DNA of 64,000 nt, taken from the NCBI RefSeq assembly GCF_000143415.4, contig NW_003314271.1:868001-932000 (forward strand), given 5' to 3'. A model generated the notes under the pieces. The model worked only from the letters and a program-made list of their open reading frames with translations, ran no database searches and had not been told where the DNA came from. The translations under genes were made by a program, and so were the position numbers. This document shows positions 1 to 11,553 of the stretch, piece by piece (the first letter of the stretch is position 1; every line of letters begins with the position of its first letter). Origin of the DNA: Selaginella moellendorffii (Eukaryota > Plantae > Lycopodiophyta).

Positions 1-985
1 ATCTGCATATAGAGCTCCAGAGCATCTGGAACCTCACGCAGAGTCACCCTCAATATTATCCTCGGAGCATGGCGATTCAAGTGACGATGTTGAGCAACTC
101 TCCTCAAAGTATTCGATTCTGCCGGAAACTCAGGGGAGTTTCTTTCAATCCGATATTGATCTTAACGACCTCTTAGACCGTCCAGGTATACGAGTCAGAG
201 TGGACATTTTGCTATCTGACACACGGCTCGATTCAAACTATCTGCAGACATGTTCCTCGGCCAGAAGGCGCTCACTCCTGCCGTGAGCTTGGACATGAGC
301 GGATGGAAAGAAGTTCTGCGAAGTTATCGAGAGAATCCAACGAATGGCCCCGTCAAGCCAGAGGACGAGACGTTAGAGCAGCGTACTACCAGGGATGCAT
401 TCCTGGAACAAGCCTCGCCCATAAAGTTTGAGGATGGAATGTTCAAGTTATCACCAAGAGCGAGTCTAAGTCCTAAAGCGATCATGGAAGTCTTATCTCC
501 TCGGGGTCTGGGTCGCCAACCTCAGACACATTTCGAGGCTCAGCTGCGTGCTGCCACCGCTGAGAACGCCATGAAAACAGCACAAAGCCTCTCTCCGGTG
601 TGAATTACATAGTCAGTTCTTTCGTTACATGTAATCTCTAACACGTCCATGCAGACAAAACGTGTTTCCTCTCCTCCGCCTGCGCAAAACGTCCTTGTGG
701 ATATGGGGCGTGCTTCTCAACAGGTATTTAAGTTCCGCTTTCTCTCGCTGGCGAATCGACACGGGGAGCGCACTGGTTAAAAACTCTAAGCTTGTCAAAC
801 AGGAGGGCAGAATCAAGCAACTGGCTAGTTTTGCACGATGGGCGCTCGAGCCCGCGCCCGCGGGCTGGAGCTCAGTTTGCCTCCTTCCAACGAAGAAACC
901 AAGGTTTCGTCTCACGTATATATTTATCTCGCCTCTAGATTCTAAATGGCAGGTTCTCGTCTCCGGGACCGCTGGACGTGGGTAA
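1..985 (+). CDS. Truncated CAMTA-like gene, copy A (5' part outside window; spliced)
   Basis: Exons paralogous to copies C/D: DLNDLLDRP, FLGQKALTPAVSLDMSGWKEVLRSY, IKQLASFARWAL (cf. CAMTA LKKLDSFGRWM). The C-terminus diverges and stops at about 985. Confidence 0.7.
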
Positions 986-1119
986 GTGAGGCACCACGAG
1001 GTCGTTTGATAAACAAACAAGCCTGGCTGCGAGATTGGTGATGTGGGATTGCCAAAGGCGTGTAGCGTTATAATTTAAGAAAATCTAAAACAGTTTAGTT
1101 CAAAGCTTTTGTTCTTCTC

Positions 1120-1545
1120 GCGCAATCCGTAACAGATTCTGTGGCGTGACCTGCCGTCAGAGCGCCCGCGAGTAGATCAAAGCCTGTTTCTACAGTGGAG
1201 GTAATGCTTTCTGTCATGCCGCATTTTCCTGGGGGCGCTGCCAGATTTGATCAGCAATGGCTTGGCTGTGGCGATTGTTGACACTGGAGCGATTTTGATG
1301 CAGGGATTTGTTATGAGGACGCTGTCTCGGCCACGCTTGCATCCAATGTCTATCTCGGTCGGTATACACTTTCTTTCATACCTTGTGAATTTTTATCGAG
1401 ATTTTCTTTGTTAGATTATTACTTGGCCTACTTGTCCCACAGTATCTGATACGTGCTACATTGATATCCTCAAGAACAAGCCTCTGGTTTGTGTAAACGG
1501 ACAATATCTGAGGAGTCAAGTTGAGGGATCTTTGAACTCTGGTAA
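1120..1545 (+). pseudogene. HISN2: HISN2/hisIE (PR-AMP cyclohydrolase/PR-ATP pyrophosphatase) remnant, copy A
   Basis: Fragments read NGLAVAI-VDTGAILMQGF...DAVSATLAS and IIYL..PTC, matching the HisI domain, with deletions and frameshifts. Confidence 0.75.
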
Positions 1546-1897
1546 GTGCACTCTTGTTTTCTCCATTTTGAACTTAAAGCTATGTGTTTCTTGCACAGGG
1601 TCATAGATGTTTTAAACGTCCAAAATGCAAGCATCTAGCACCATGTAGTTCATTCTAGTATGTTATGTAGAATGGAATGCAGGGCTCACAGGGCATATGC
1701 CTTGGGTACAAAAAACCAAGCAAGTGGTGAGAGTTTATAGTGGGGCCGAAATTTCCAGAAATCGACGCTGGGCGAAAGGGCAAAAGTCCTTTTTCTTTGA
1801 TCAAAATATTACCTTTACATGGTCAAACTAAAGTGGTGGAGGCGGCTATTTTTAGCTGTCAAAGAGGCATTGTTTTAGATTGATTTTTGTGTTTGAG

Positions 1898-2400
1898 ATG
1901 GCGATGCCGCAACAAGGTGAGTGGAGGAATTTCAAGATTGAAGACAAGAGATAACAAGGAGATTGAAGACTGGGAGATAACAAGGATCTGAGGCAATCGT
2001 CCAGAAAGCTTGCTCCGATGGCTCAAGCTACCCGAAGTTGGCAAGATACTTCGCAATTATCAGAGCTACCGTTCCTCCCAGCAGGCCCACCAGTGAGTGC
2101 TCCTTTGCTCTCCTTGCTTGTGCCACACTGACTTGCCACGCTACTAGGTGGATCCTTGCTCTTGTTTCATTGCAACGCCTTACAGGTAAAGTTTATGCTT
2201 TCTCTCGCTGGCCTGTGCTCAAGAACTTTAGTGGCAGTACCAATTGGACACGGAGAGCGCACTAGCTAGAAAATCAAGCGACTCGCTAGTTTTGGACGAT
2301 GGGCGCTGGCAGAGATAGGTAGCAACAATACAGATGCGGTCTCGAGCTCCATTTGGGCAGCCATGGACGATTACAAAGAAACCACTTGCACTCATAAAAA
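1898..2400 (+). pseudogene. CAMTA-like copy B, heavily deleted
   Basis: ATG..PQQ|gtgagt exon 1, then RWLKLPEVGKILRNYQSY, then a jump directly to KIKRLASFGRWALAEIG. Most of CG-1 and the middle exons are lost. Confidence 0.8.
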
Positions 2401-2469
2401 TCACGTGAGACAAAAGGGAAAGTGCAAGTCGTCTTTGAGAGCTAGGGCTTTAGTGCTACAATGTAGCAG

Positions 2470-2645
2470 TAATGCGGGAATGACATGCCTGCGATCTCGC
2501 GCAATCCGGGCTCCTCTCGGAACTGTGGAGGTAAGGATTGTAATTCTTTCTGGGATTTTGTAGCGCCTAGGAGATCCATGCGCAAGTTATGAGAAAGAGA
2601 TTTTCTCAGTCAGGCAAAAAGAACAGCCGAGCGTTCAAGTTGAGT
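2470..2645 (+). pseudogene. HISN2: HISN2 remnant, copy B (5' and 3' ends fused by deletion)
   Basis: gcaatccgggctcctctcgg..ctgtggag|gtaag matches the starts of copies A/D; agattttctcagtcaggc (RFSQSG) matches the HISN2 C-terminus. Confidence 0.6.
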
Positions 2646-3051
2646 GATCTTTCAACTCAGCTGGGAAGTGCTCCATATTGAACTTAAAAGTATGTGCTTC
2701 TTTCCCAAAACTTCCAAAATGCTTTGTATGCGTATGCCCAAGGGCATACTTATAAACAAACCGAATAAGTGGGTGGTGGAATATCTAATGGTGGAATATC
2801 AATTTCACATCGGGCCAAAGGTTCTTTTCCTTTGATCCTTGGTTCTTGGGTGATCCTATGCTTTTTAGTTGGGCACCACTTATAGTGGCTGCCTTTACAT
2901 GGTCGAATGTGTGGCGTGCAACATTCAAACTAAAGTGGAAATGCTCCTCAGGGCATCTCTAGTGTCTTGCTATATTTAGCTGTGAAACCGATAACTATGA
3001 ATCAAATATCAAAACTCGCGACTGGCGCTCCCCTGGTTTGATTTTGTGTAG

Positions 3052-4679
3052 ATGGCGACTGTCCGTGGGATGCGGCAGCAAGGTGAGTGGATGCTAATTA
3101 CAAGATCGAAGACTGAGATAACAAGGGTCTGAGGCAAAACAGACTTCGACATGAGGCAGATCATCCAGGAAGCTTGCGTCCGATGGCTGAAACCACCCGA
3201 AGTTTGCAAGATCCTTCGCAATTATCAGAGCTACGGTTTCGATCTCAGCCACGTTCCTCCCAGCAAGCCCGCCAGTGAATGCTCCTTTCTCCTTGCTTCG
3301 ATTGTCACATGGACTGACTTGCCAAAGCTACTAGGTGGATCCTTGCTCTTGTTTGATCGCAAGGCTGTAAAGTACTTTCGGAAGGATGGCCACAACTGGA
3401 GAAAGAAGAAAGGCGGCAAGGCTGTTCGCGAGGCTCACAAGCGGCTCAAGGTTTGCTTGTTATTCCTAGGAACAACGAGGCCACCACTATTGCGGCACTT
3501 GGTTGTATGCAGTTTGGGAGTATTGACGTGCTACATTGTTACTGCACCCATGGAGAGGAAGATCCAAATTTTCAAAGGAGCTACTGGATACTGGAAGGGT
3601 AAAAAAAAAGTGATATGGAAATCTCCTCACGTGTATTATCATGACTTGTAGTGCTTACAAACACATTGTTCTTGTTCACTACCTTCAAGTACAACAGGTC
3701 GGTGTTCTGGTGCTTTTCTTTTTCCAGCTCGAAGCTTTTCCTTTTCCAGGATCTTGAATCGGCATACAAAGCTTTAGAGCATCCGGAAGCTTTCTCGCAC
3801 GCAATGGATTCGCCTCTGTTGAGTTCTGTCGGAACTCAACAAGGTCCAAGCTATCAGCAGGGGAGCTTGTTTCAGCCCGGACAAGATGGTGGTATTCTGG
3901 AAGATTGTATTGATCTTAACGACCTTTTAGACAGTCCAGGTATATGTGTGACTAGTCAGAGTGGACGTTTTGCTTTCTCACACACAGCTCGATTCAAACT
4001 ATCTGCAGACAAGTTCCTCGGCAAGAAGGCCCTCACTCCTGCTGTGAGCTTGGACATGAGCGGATGGAATGAACTTCTGCGAAGCTATCGAGAAAATCCA
4101 ACCACTGGCCCGGTCAAGCAGGAGGATGAAACTTCAGAGCAGTGCACTACGAATGCATTGTTAGGACAAGTCTCGCCCATGAAGTTTGAGGATGGAATGT
4201 TCAAGGAATCACCTGGAGCGAGTCTAACTCCCAAAGCGATCATGGAAGTTCTATCTCCTCGGGGTCTGGGTCGCCAACCTCAGACACATGTCGAGGCTCA
4301 GCTGCATGCTGCCGCGACCAATAATGCCATAAAATCCCTCTCTCCGGTGAGTGAATTAGATAGTCAGTTCTTAATCTCTAACACGTCCATGCAGCGCTGG
4401 CAAGAGACTATTTCCTCTCCTCGGCCTGCGCAAAACGTCCATGAGGATATGGGGTGCGCTTCTCAACAGGTAAAAGTTTATCTTGCTGCTGCGCCTGCCA
4501 CTAAAGTCCTTGAGCACAGGAATTCGACACAGGGAGCGCACTGGTGGAAAAATCAAAGCTTGTCGAATAGCTCGCTGGGCAAAATGAAGCAACTGGACGA
4601 TGAACGACGAAATACAGGTGTGCTACTTGCACGGACGCTGGTCACAAACGTTTTTCAGTGCAGCAAACAGTTGCAATAA
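3052..4679 (+). CDS. Truncated CAMTA-like transcription factor (CG-1 domain, no TIG/ANK/IQ), copy C
   Basis: Spliced CG-1: DMRQIIQEACVRWLKPPEVCKILRNYQ..GSLLLFDRKAVKYFRKDGHNWRKKKGGKAVREAHKRLK..IDVLHCYCTHGEEDPNFQRSYWILE..HIVLVHYLQV. Canonical GT-AG introns. Confidence 0.8.
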
Positions 4680-5339
4680 CAAGCAACGCATAGAGGAATA
4701 GACATCTCCTTATATTAAAAAGGTACTTTTGTAATGAAAGAGTTGCCACTAGACACTCATTTAGCATTGAATTCACATTAATCCATTTTATGGTAAAATG
4801 CCTTAAAATATAAGCATTCTGCCACCAAATGGTTTTTACGTTAGCCACCACTGGATCAAAACAAATGGTTTTTAGGTTAGCCACGAAGTTGAAAAATAAA
4901 GATTAAGGCTATAAACTTTTATTTATGGATCTAGACAGTTTGGTGGATTTATTGCAACGATGGTGGATTTTGCCTAGGGTTACAAAGATTTTTATGATTG
5001 AGGTAAAGAGGGAGCATTTCTACAATTATTTACAACTAAAGATAATATGTTAAATTTTTTAATTGTTCTGATTGTTTTTCTAATATGTATATTTAAATTT
5101 TGATTTTTTATTAAAATTATTATTATTTAAATGTTTTATATTTTATATTTTACAAGGTATATAAAAAGTATATTCTTTTCTTTTAGAATATACAAGGAAT
5201 TTTGATGATGTGGCAGCCTGCCAAACATGAAAAAAAGAGAGGAAATCCTCCAAAATCACCCTAATACTTACCTTTAACATAAATTTATAGTTAACTTCAA
5301 TTTAATATAAGAGTAATACTACTCCTGTACGAATGCTAC

Positions 5340-5670
5340 CTCGTGCAAAGGCCTATCACAATGGAGCTCATACGCTTTTGCTGTTTCTCTTGCTGGAGTT
5401 TGACGTTCACCAGTGTCAAGAGAGGAGAGGAGGGAGAAGAGGATAGATTGTGCTCCACGAGAGAGGAAGAAGGAGAGGGCTGAGCTGTGCAAGACAGTCG
5501 GACAAAACGAAGGCAGGAAAAGGACTGTATCAGAAATGGTCTTGTACCATTCGATGGTACTGCTTGCAGCACAAGATGTGAAGATGGCGGAAGTTATGGA
5601 AGTCTTGAGAGCGAGATTCTCTCAATCAGGCGTTGAGGACGAGAACAGCCGAGGCAGGAATTCAAGTTGA
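5340..5670 (+). pseudogene. HISN2: HISN2 remnant, copy C (HisE C-terminal part)
   Basis: AELCKTVGQNEGRKRTVSEM-VLYHSMVLLAAQDVKMAEVMEVLRARFSQSGVEDENSR matches plant HISN2 (SEMADVLYHAMVLL..VLRKRFSQSG). The AD residues are deleted. Confidence 0.85.
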
Positions 5671-6255
5671 AGGATCTTTCAACTCAAGTGGAGAGTGCTT
5701 TTCCATTTTGTTTTAGAGGGCTGATCCCATATGTGTTTCCCTCACAGGATCGTAGATGGCTTGACCGATGGAAGTATCAAGCACCAACATGTTTTTCATT
5801 CTAGTAGCCTTTACATTTACATGGAACATGTACAAACAGACCGATCAAAGTGGGGAGAAAACCAAGAAAACTGAATTAAGCGAATTGAAATTTTTTATTT
5901 TGGTAGTGGGGTGGAATATGCATTTTCATATATCCATAATCAATCCTTGACGTACCAACGTGTTGGTTCTAAAACAATAATATAGTGGAATGTTACTTTT
6001 AGATGGTGGAATGTCTACTGGTAAAGGTGTTCTTTGCGTCAAATTAAGAACATGAAAGTTGTGCAGAGTTCCTCAGCACTATATTTAGATTGCATATATT
6101 TCTGGATGACCATTTGGTCATCAAATTATTTGCGTCAACTGGCCAATCAAAGCTCGCGGGTGGCAGGGGGCTCTCGTAGTTAGGCGTTCATGGGGGGATG
6201 CCATGGCGGTGGTGTGAAGCTGCTCCCACTGTTTTAGATTAATTTTGTTTTTGAG

Positions 6256-7978
6256 ATGGCAACAGGTGGAAGAGTCTATAAAATGCCGCAGCAAGGTGAG
6301 TGGAGGCTAGTTTCAAGGTCAAACAAAGACTCTGCTATCTGAGCAGACCTCGACATGAGGCAGATCATCCAGGAAGCTTGCGTCCGGTGGCTCAAACCAC
6401 ACGAAGTTTGCGACATACTTCGCAATTATCAGAGCTACGGTTTCGATCTCAACTCCCTTCCTCCCAACCGGCCCGCCAGTGAGTGCTCCTTGCTCCTTGC
6501 CTTGTGTCACACTGACTGGCTTGCCATGCTACTAGGTGGATCCTTGTTCTTGTTTGATCGCAAGGCTGTGAGGTGCTTTCGGAAGGATGGTCACAACTGG
6601 AAGAAAGAAGGCCAGGCTCACGAGAGGCTCAAGGTTTGCTTGCTATAACTAGGAACAACCATCGCGACACTTGGTTCCTGATCTTGTATGCAGTCTGGAA
6701 GCATCGACGTGCTGCATTGTTACTACGCCCGTGGAGAAGAGGATCCAAATTTTCAACGGAGCTACTGGATGCTGGAAGGGTACATAGAGCAGGAAAAAAC
6801 AAACATGCATCCCCCCCTCACTTGTATTATCATGGCTTGTAGTGCTTATGAACACATTGTTCTTGTCCACTACCTTCAAGTACACCAGGTCGGTTGCGGT
6901 GTTTTTCTTTTTCTAGCTTTCTTGTGGCTCGAAGCATTTCTTTTCCAGGGTCGTGAATCTGCTTATGGAGCATCTCCAGAGCATCCGGAACCTTTCTCGC
7001 ACTCGGAGCATGGCGATTCAAGTGACCATGTCGAACAGATGGAGCAACTCTTTTCAAAGGATTCGCTTCTGTCGGAAACTCAGTCCGGGCAAGGTGGTAA
7101 TCTAATGATGGAAGATCGTATTGATCTTAACGACATCTTAGACAGTCCAGGTAAACGAACCAGTCAGAGTGGACGTTTTGCTTTCTGACACACAGCTCGA
7201 ATCAAACTATTCTGCAGACATGTTCCTCGGCCAGAAGCCGCTCAGTCCTGCCGTGAGCTTGGACATGAGCGGATGGAAAGAAGTTCTGCGAAGCTATCGA
7301 GAGAATCCAACGAATGGCCCAGTCAAGCAAGAGGATTCAGATGCTTTAGAGCAGCGTACTACCGTGGATGCATCGCCGGGACAAGTCAAGTTTGACGATG
7401 GAATAATGTTCAAGTTATCACCTGAAGCGATTCCAAGTCCCAAGGCGATCATAGAAGTCCTCTCTCAACCGGGTCTGGGTCGCCAGCCTCACACACTTCT
7501 CGAGGCCCAGCTGCGTGCTGCCACCGCCGAGAACGCCATGAAAACAGCACAAAGCCTCTCTCTGGTGAGTGCAGTTCTTTACATGTAATCTCTAACACGT
7601 CCATGAAGCGCTGGCGGGAAAGTGTTTTCTCTCGCCCGCCTGCGCAGAACGTCCTTGTGGATATGGGGCGCTCTTCTCGACAGGTAAAAGTTTCTCTTTC
7701 TCTCGTGCAGCGCCCTGGATAAAAACTCATTTTCAAAGCTTGTCAAACAGGAAGAGAGCGACATCAAGAGCCTAGCTAGTTTTGGACCATGGGCGCTGGC
7801 AAAATTTGGTAACGACGACGATGCAGGTGCGCTACTCGAGGCCGCGCCCTCGGTCTCGAGCTCCGTTTGGGCAGCCATGGACGTTGACAAGGACAGAGAA
7901 GAAACCTCCAACCTCCCTACGCCAATGGAGCTTGAGATGAGTGCCCAGTTCCAACGCTTCAGCATTACAGACCTTTAA
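6256..7978 (+). CDS. Truncated CAMTA-like transcription factor (CG-1 domain), copy D
   Basis: ATG 6256, exon 1 MATGGRVYKMPQQ, CG-1 exons, IKSLASFGPWALAKFG, and end MSAQFQRFSITDL-TAA (7976-7978), at the position where the CAMTA TIG domain starts (Q.FSI.DFSP). Confidence 0.85.
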
Positions 7979-8087
7979 GAAACCAAGGTTTCATACGTAT
8001 CTCGCTTGTAAAAGGGTGGATTTTGTTTGAAGAAGTGTATATATACATATTGGTTTAACAGAGAGTTAGGGTTTTAGGGCTCGTGGC

Positions 8088-8900
8088 AATGCGGGACGCG
8101 ATCTGGGCTTCTCTCGGAGATTCCTCCGCTTGAGCAGGAGGTTCCGCTAGAGCTCTGGAGGTAAAGATCATAAATACCTAGGAGATCCATGCGAGGTGGA
8201 GGCGCTGCTGGATTTGATAAAATTCGATGGGTGTGATTTTGATGCAGGGATTTGGGACGCTGTCTAGGCCACGAAGCGAGTGACGTAATTTAGTCGAAGT
8301 CGTTGATCTCTTTTTGGACCAAAGGAGAGACGCTATCCAATTTTATTGGTGTTGTGGATGTCTATCTCGACTGTGATGGAGATTCGGTACACACTTTCTT
8401 TTATTCTTTGTGAGCTCTTATCGACTTTATCTTTTTTAGATTATTACTTGGGAAAGCCTGACCGGCCTACTTGTCACACAGGAGCTGGTTGACTTAAGTT
8501 AGTATTATTAACAAGAACTTGAGATCAATCAGTAATTTTTCTCATACGTGCTACATTGATATCCTCCTGGTTTATGTAAACTGACAATATCGTTCTTCTT
8601 CTTCCACTGATATATTTTTTTACAGATTGATGTATTGTCAACTTCTATTTGGAAAGAGTCATTCAACAGCGAGCCTGATGGGGAAAGCCGTCGTGGCTAT
8701 TGCAGACCAGGAGCTGCTCTTAAGGTGTTGTTTGAGCTTTTGTTTGTTTCATGCGTCTGGCTCAGAAGAAACTTTGGCAGGGAGGAAGCTGGTGATCTGT
8801 GCAAGACAGACCGAAGGCAAGGAAATGACTGTATCAGAAATGGGTGACGTCTTGTACCATTCGATACAATGCTTGCAGCACAAGACGCGAAGATGGCAGA
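8088..8900 (+). pseudogene. HISN2: HISN2 pseudogene, copy D (most complete)
   Basis: EVEALLDLIKFD, ILMQGF, FSRSR*SL-WTKGETLSNFIGVVDVYLDCDGDS|intron|YLGKPDRPTCHTGA, REEAGDLCKT, TVSEMGDVLYHS. Contains an in-frame stop and frameshifts. Confidence 0.85.
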
Positions 8901-9167
8901 AGTCGGATCTTTTAACTCAGCTGGTAAGTGCTTTTCCATTCTGTTTAAGAGCTAACTAACAGGGCTAATCCCATGTGTTTCCCTCACAGGGTCGTAGATG
9001 TTGTAAATCCATGGAATGGAAGTGTTGTCTGCAGCAATAATGCCTTAAAAAAATGGTGTGTGAGTTTGATATTGGAAGGTCGACACGTTGTGTGATGCTG
9101 TTTGGCGACTTCCAAAACTTGACCGAAGCAAACTGTACAAGTATCTAGCACCAACAGGTATTTCACT

Positions 9168-10775
9168 CTAGTATGTTACCATCACCCATGTCGCTGTGCC
9201 TGGGATTCCATTGTGTAGGGGAACGAGCATGTAGAACGATGGTGGAGCGATCACGGCGCTTGGCGGTGCCGAGCTTTTCACAGTAAAGGTGTTCCCGTTT
9301 GCTCGTAATGGTGTGGAAACCGCTAGTTTGAGCTGCCTCTGCCCTTGAGAGAAGGAGTGCGTGGTAAACGGAGCACTCAAAAGCGTCAACTCGATATCTC
9401 CTGTCAAGTTGCCCGGTAAGGAGACGTCCACCGAGAATGGCATTCCATAGTTGATAACTCCTGGATAGTTAACTAACTTCGGTCTCTGCCAGTCGTTTGC
9501 AGGGTCTAGATATGCCGGAGAAAAAGCTTCTACTCTCAACTCCGTTGGAAACTCTCCCGTGAAAGTGTAGTACTCGTGCGTGTTGCTGCCTGCTACAAGG
9601 ACTCGGCCGTCTGGAAGAAGGTTTGCGGTGGAGTGATACATTCTCGGAATGGTACTGGCTGCTTGAGTTTCGAACTTTGAGCTGACCGGATCGAATATGA
9701 CAGGGTTGAGGCAGGGACTGGACGCGTATCCCCATCCTTGAGATCCACTTTGCGCTCCGTTGATGATGAGGACTTGGCCGGTTGGAAGCAGAACCATGTC
9801 ACCCATGTTTCTTCGCGTAGGCATGTTGAGTATGTTCCAATTTGGATCGCCTGACGTCGCTACCATTCTACCGCAGGTCTGAGAGGCCGGAAGCTGACCA
9901 GCTGGATACGCGTAGGCGTCCTTGTTGCTTCCTCCGCAAACGAGAATTTCGGCATTGGAGAAGCTGTTTGCGCTGTCCAAGGGAAGCATGACCGAGCTTC
10001 CGGCGGATGGATAGTTCCGGGGCTCACCAGGCAGCGTTGGATATCTCCGAAGCACAGTGTTGGTGAAATAGTTGAGGAGAATGGAGTCCCGGTTGGCGAA
10101 GACGAACAGGTTGTTGTCCGGCAGCAGATGCAGGAAGGGATACAGGTTGTTGAAAGTTGGATCGTTCGTCTCCTTGAGAAACGGCAGCTCAAACTGCCCG
10201 GCTCCTCTGTCCGGGATGAACTCGTAGGAGAAAGCGCTTCGTCCGCCTACAACGATCACGCGACCGTCTGGCAAGAGCTGATTGCTGGCGTACCACCTTC
10301 CGGAATGCAAAAACTCGGTTTTTGATTCCTGCCAGTCGCAGGTGCCCCCGTTCGGACACGGCGTCATGTACCTGACTTTGAAGAACCCATCGAAGTCGCC
10401 CCCCGTCTGGAGAAGCGTCCCGTTCGGCAAGAACTGACCTGAGCTGCACCAAGTGTCCGAGTATATCGACAGAGCTCTGCTGGCCCCGGAGAAGTAGTCG
10501 AACATGACCGAGTGCGCGGTGCAGTCGTGCTTCAAGGTTCGATCGTCGGGGTTGTCTCTGCATCCTCCTCCGGCGAGGTTGATCTGCGAGGGGCCGATGT
10601 TGGTTCTGTCCAGGAAGATCGCGTTGCTGAAGTGCGTGACGACCGTGTGCATGCTAGCGACGCCGGCGTTCTGCGCAATGACGTCGAATCGCCCGGGTTG
10701 AGCTCTGGTGGAAGAAGAGATCAAGACGACGACGGAGAGGAACCAGAGGAAGTTTCTTCTTCCGGGACAGGCCAT
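9168..10775 (-). CDS. Secreted glyoxal/galactose oxidase-like copper radical oxidase (GLOX family), intronless
   Basis: ATG at 10775 gives signal peptide MACPGRRNFLWFLSVVVLISSS. Motifs SMH, TWCSSG, RWYAS, NLYPF, PRMYHS, FTTHSFSQGQR. Confidence 0.93.
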   Translation of the reverse strand: MACPGRRNFLWFLSVVVLISSSTRAQPGRFDVIAQNAGVASMHTVVTHFSNAIFLDRTNIGPSQINLAGGGCRDNPDDRTLKHDCTAHSVMFDYFSGASRALSIYSDTWCSSGQFLPNGTLLQTGGDFDGFFKVRYMTPCPNGGTCDWQESKTEFLHSGRWYASNQLLPDGRVIVVGGRSAFSYEFIPDRGAGQFELPFLKETNDPTFNNLYPFLHLLPDNNLFVFANRDSILLNYFTNTVLRRYPTLPGEPRNYPSAGSSVMLPLDSANSFSNAEILVCGGSNKDAYAYPAGQLPASQTCGRMVATSGDPNWNILNMPTRRNMGDMVLLPTGQVLIINGAQSGSQGWGYASSPCLNPVIFDPVSSKFETQAASTIPRMYHSTANLLPDGRVLVAGSNTHEYYTFTGEFPTELRVEAFSPAYLDPANDWQRPKLVNYPGVINYGMPFSVDVSLPGNLTGDIELTLLSAPFTTHSFSQGQRQLKLAVSTPLRANGNTFTVKSSAPPSAVIAPPSFYMLVPLHNGIPGTATWVMVTY

Positions 10776-11553
10776 GGTCGATAGAAACTTTGGTTTGGCC
10801 TGGGAGACACGGCAGAGAAAAGCTCTCAGCGACGAACAGACAGGACAAGGCACTTACAGGTGGAGCGGGAGGCAAAGATCAAACAGACAAAACCGGGACG
10901 AAAATTCCTGCGGTACGCTCCTCACCGTGTCTGCATTGATGGTGGCGGCGACGCGAGTGAGCGCAATGGTATACAGTATGAGACTCTACTCGCTAAGGAC
11001 AAGCCTCTGCTGGTATCATCAATGCTTTAACGCGATTTAATCGTGCTCGCCTTTGACACTACACTCATGCTCGCCAGCTTTGCGTTTTTGCAGGGATATC
11101 GCGTGTATCAAAGGAGAGCGAGATGCTACTCTTCCATTGCCACTGGGGAAGTATTACACGAGAAGGTACGCTTGCTGCCACTTCGTAGAGTTTTTCCATG
11201 GTCGCTTTCGTAGTGTTGTTTTGCTTGCTTGGTCGGGCTTAAAGTGAGAGATCCATTGCTTTGTCTTGAAGTCTCTGGCGCAGAGAGCTTTGCTCACCCC
11301 GGCTTTGACTGCAGTGCACACAAAGCTCCATCCAGATCTAACGCTTTTCTCAGAGACTTCACTTTTCCTCTCTGCAGCTTTCTTTCGCTCTTTCTGAATC
11401 CGGCCCGTCGGTGCTGAAGCTTCACGTGACTTCCACTTCTCATTCATACGAATGGATTCTTTCTCGCGATAACGGAATGCGGTTGTCTCGGGTGTCTGCA
11501 AAGGCAATGTTTTGAGAGTCCAGCGAAATAGCAGGGAAAAAGAGAGAGGAGAG

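Noticed and set aside
10776-10853. N-terminal extension of the GLOX ORF
   Set aside because: Begins at a non-ATG codon; the ATG at 10775 gives a proper signal peptide.
11154-11507. 117-aa basic ORF downstream of RSM22
   Set aside because: No recognisable motif; likely 3' UTR or terminal exon region.
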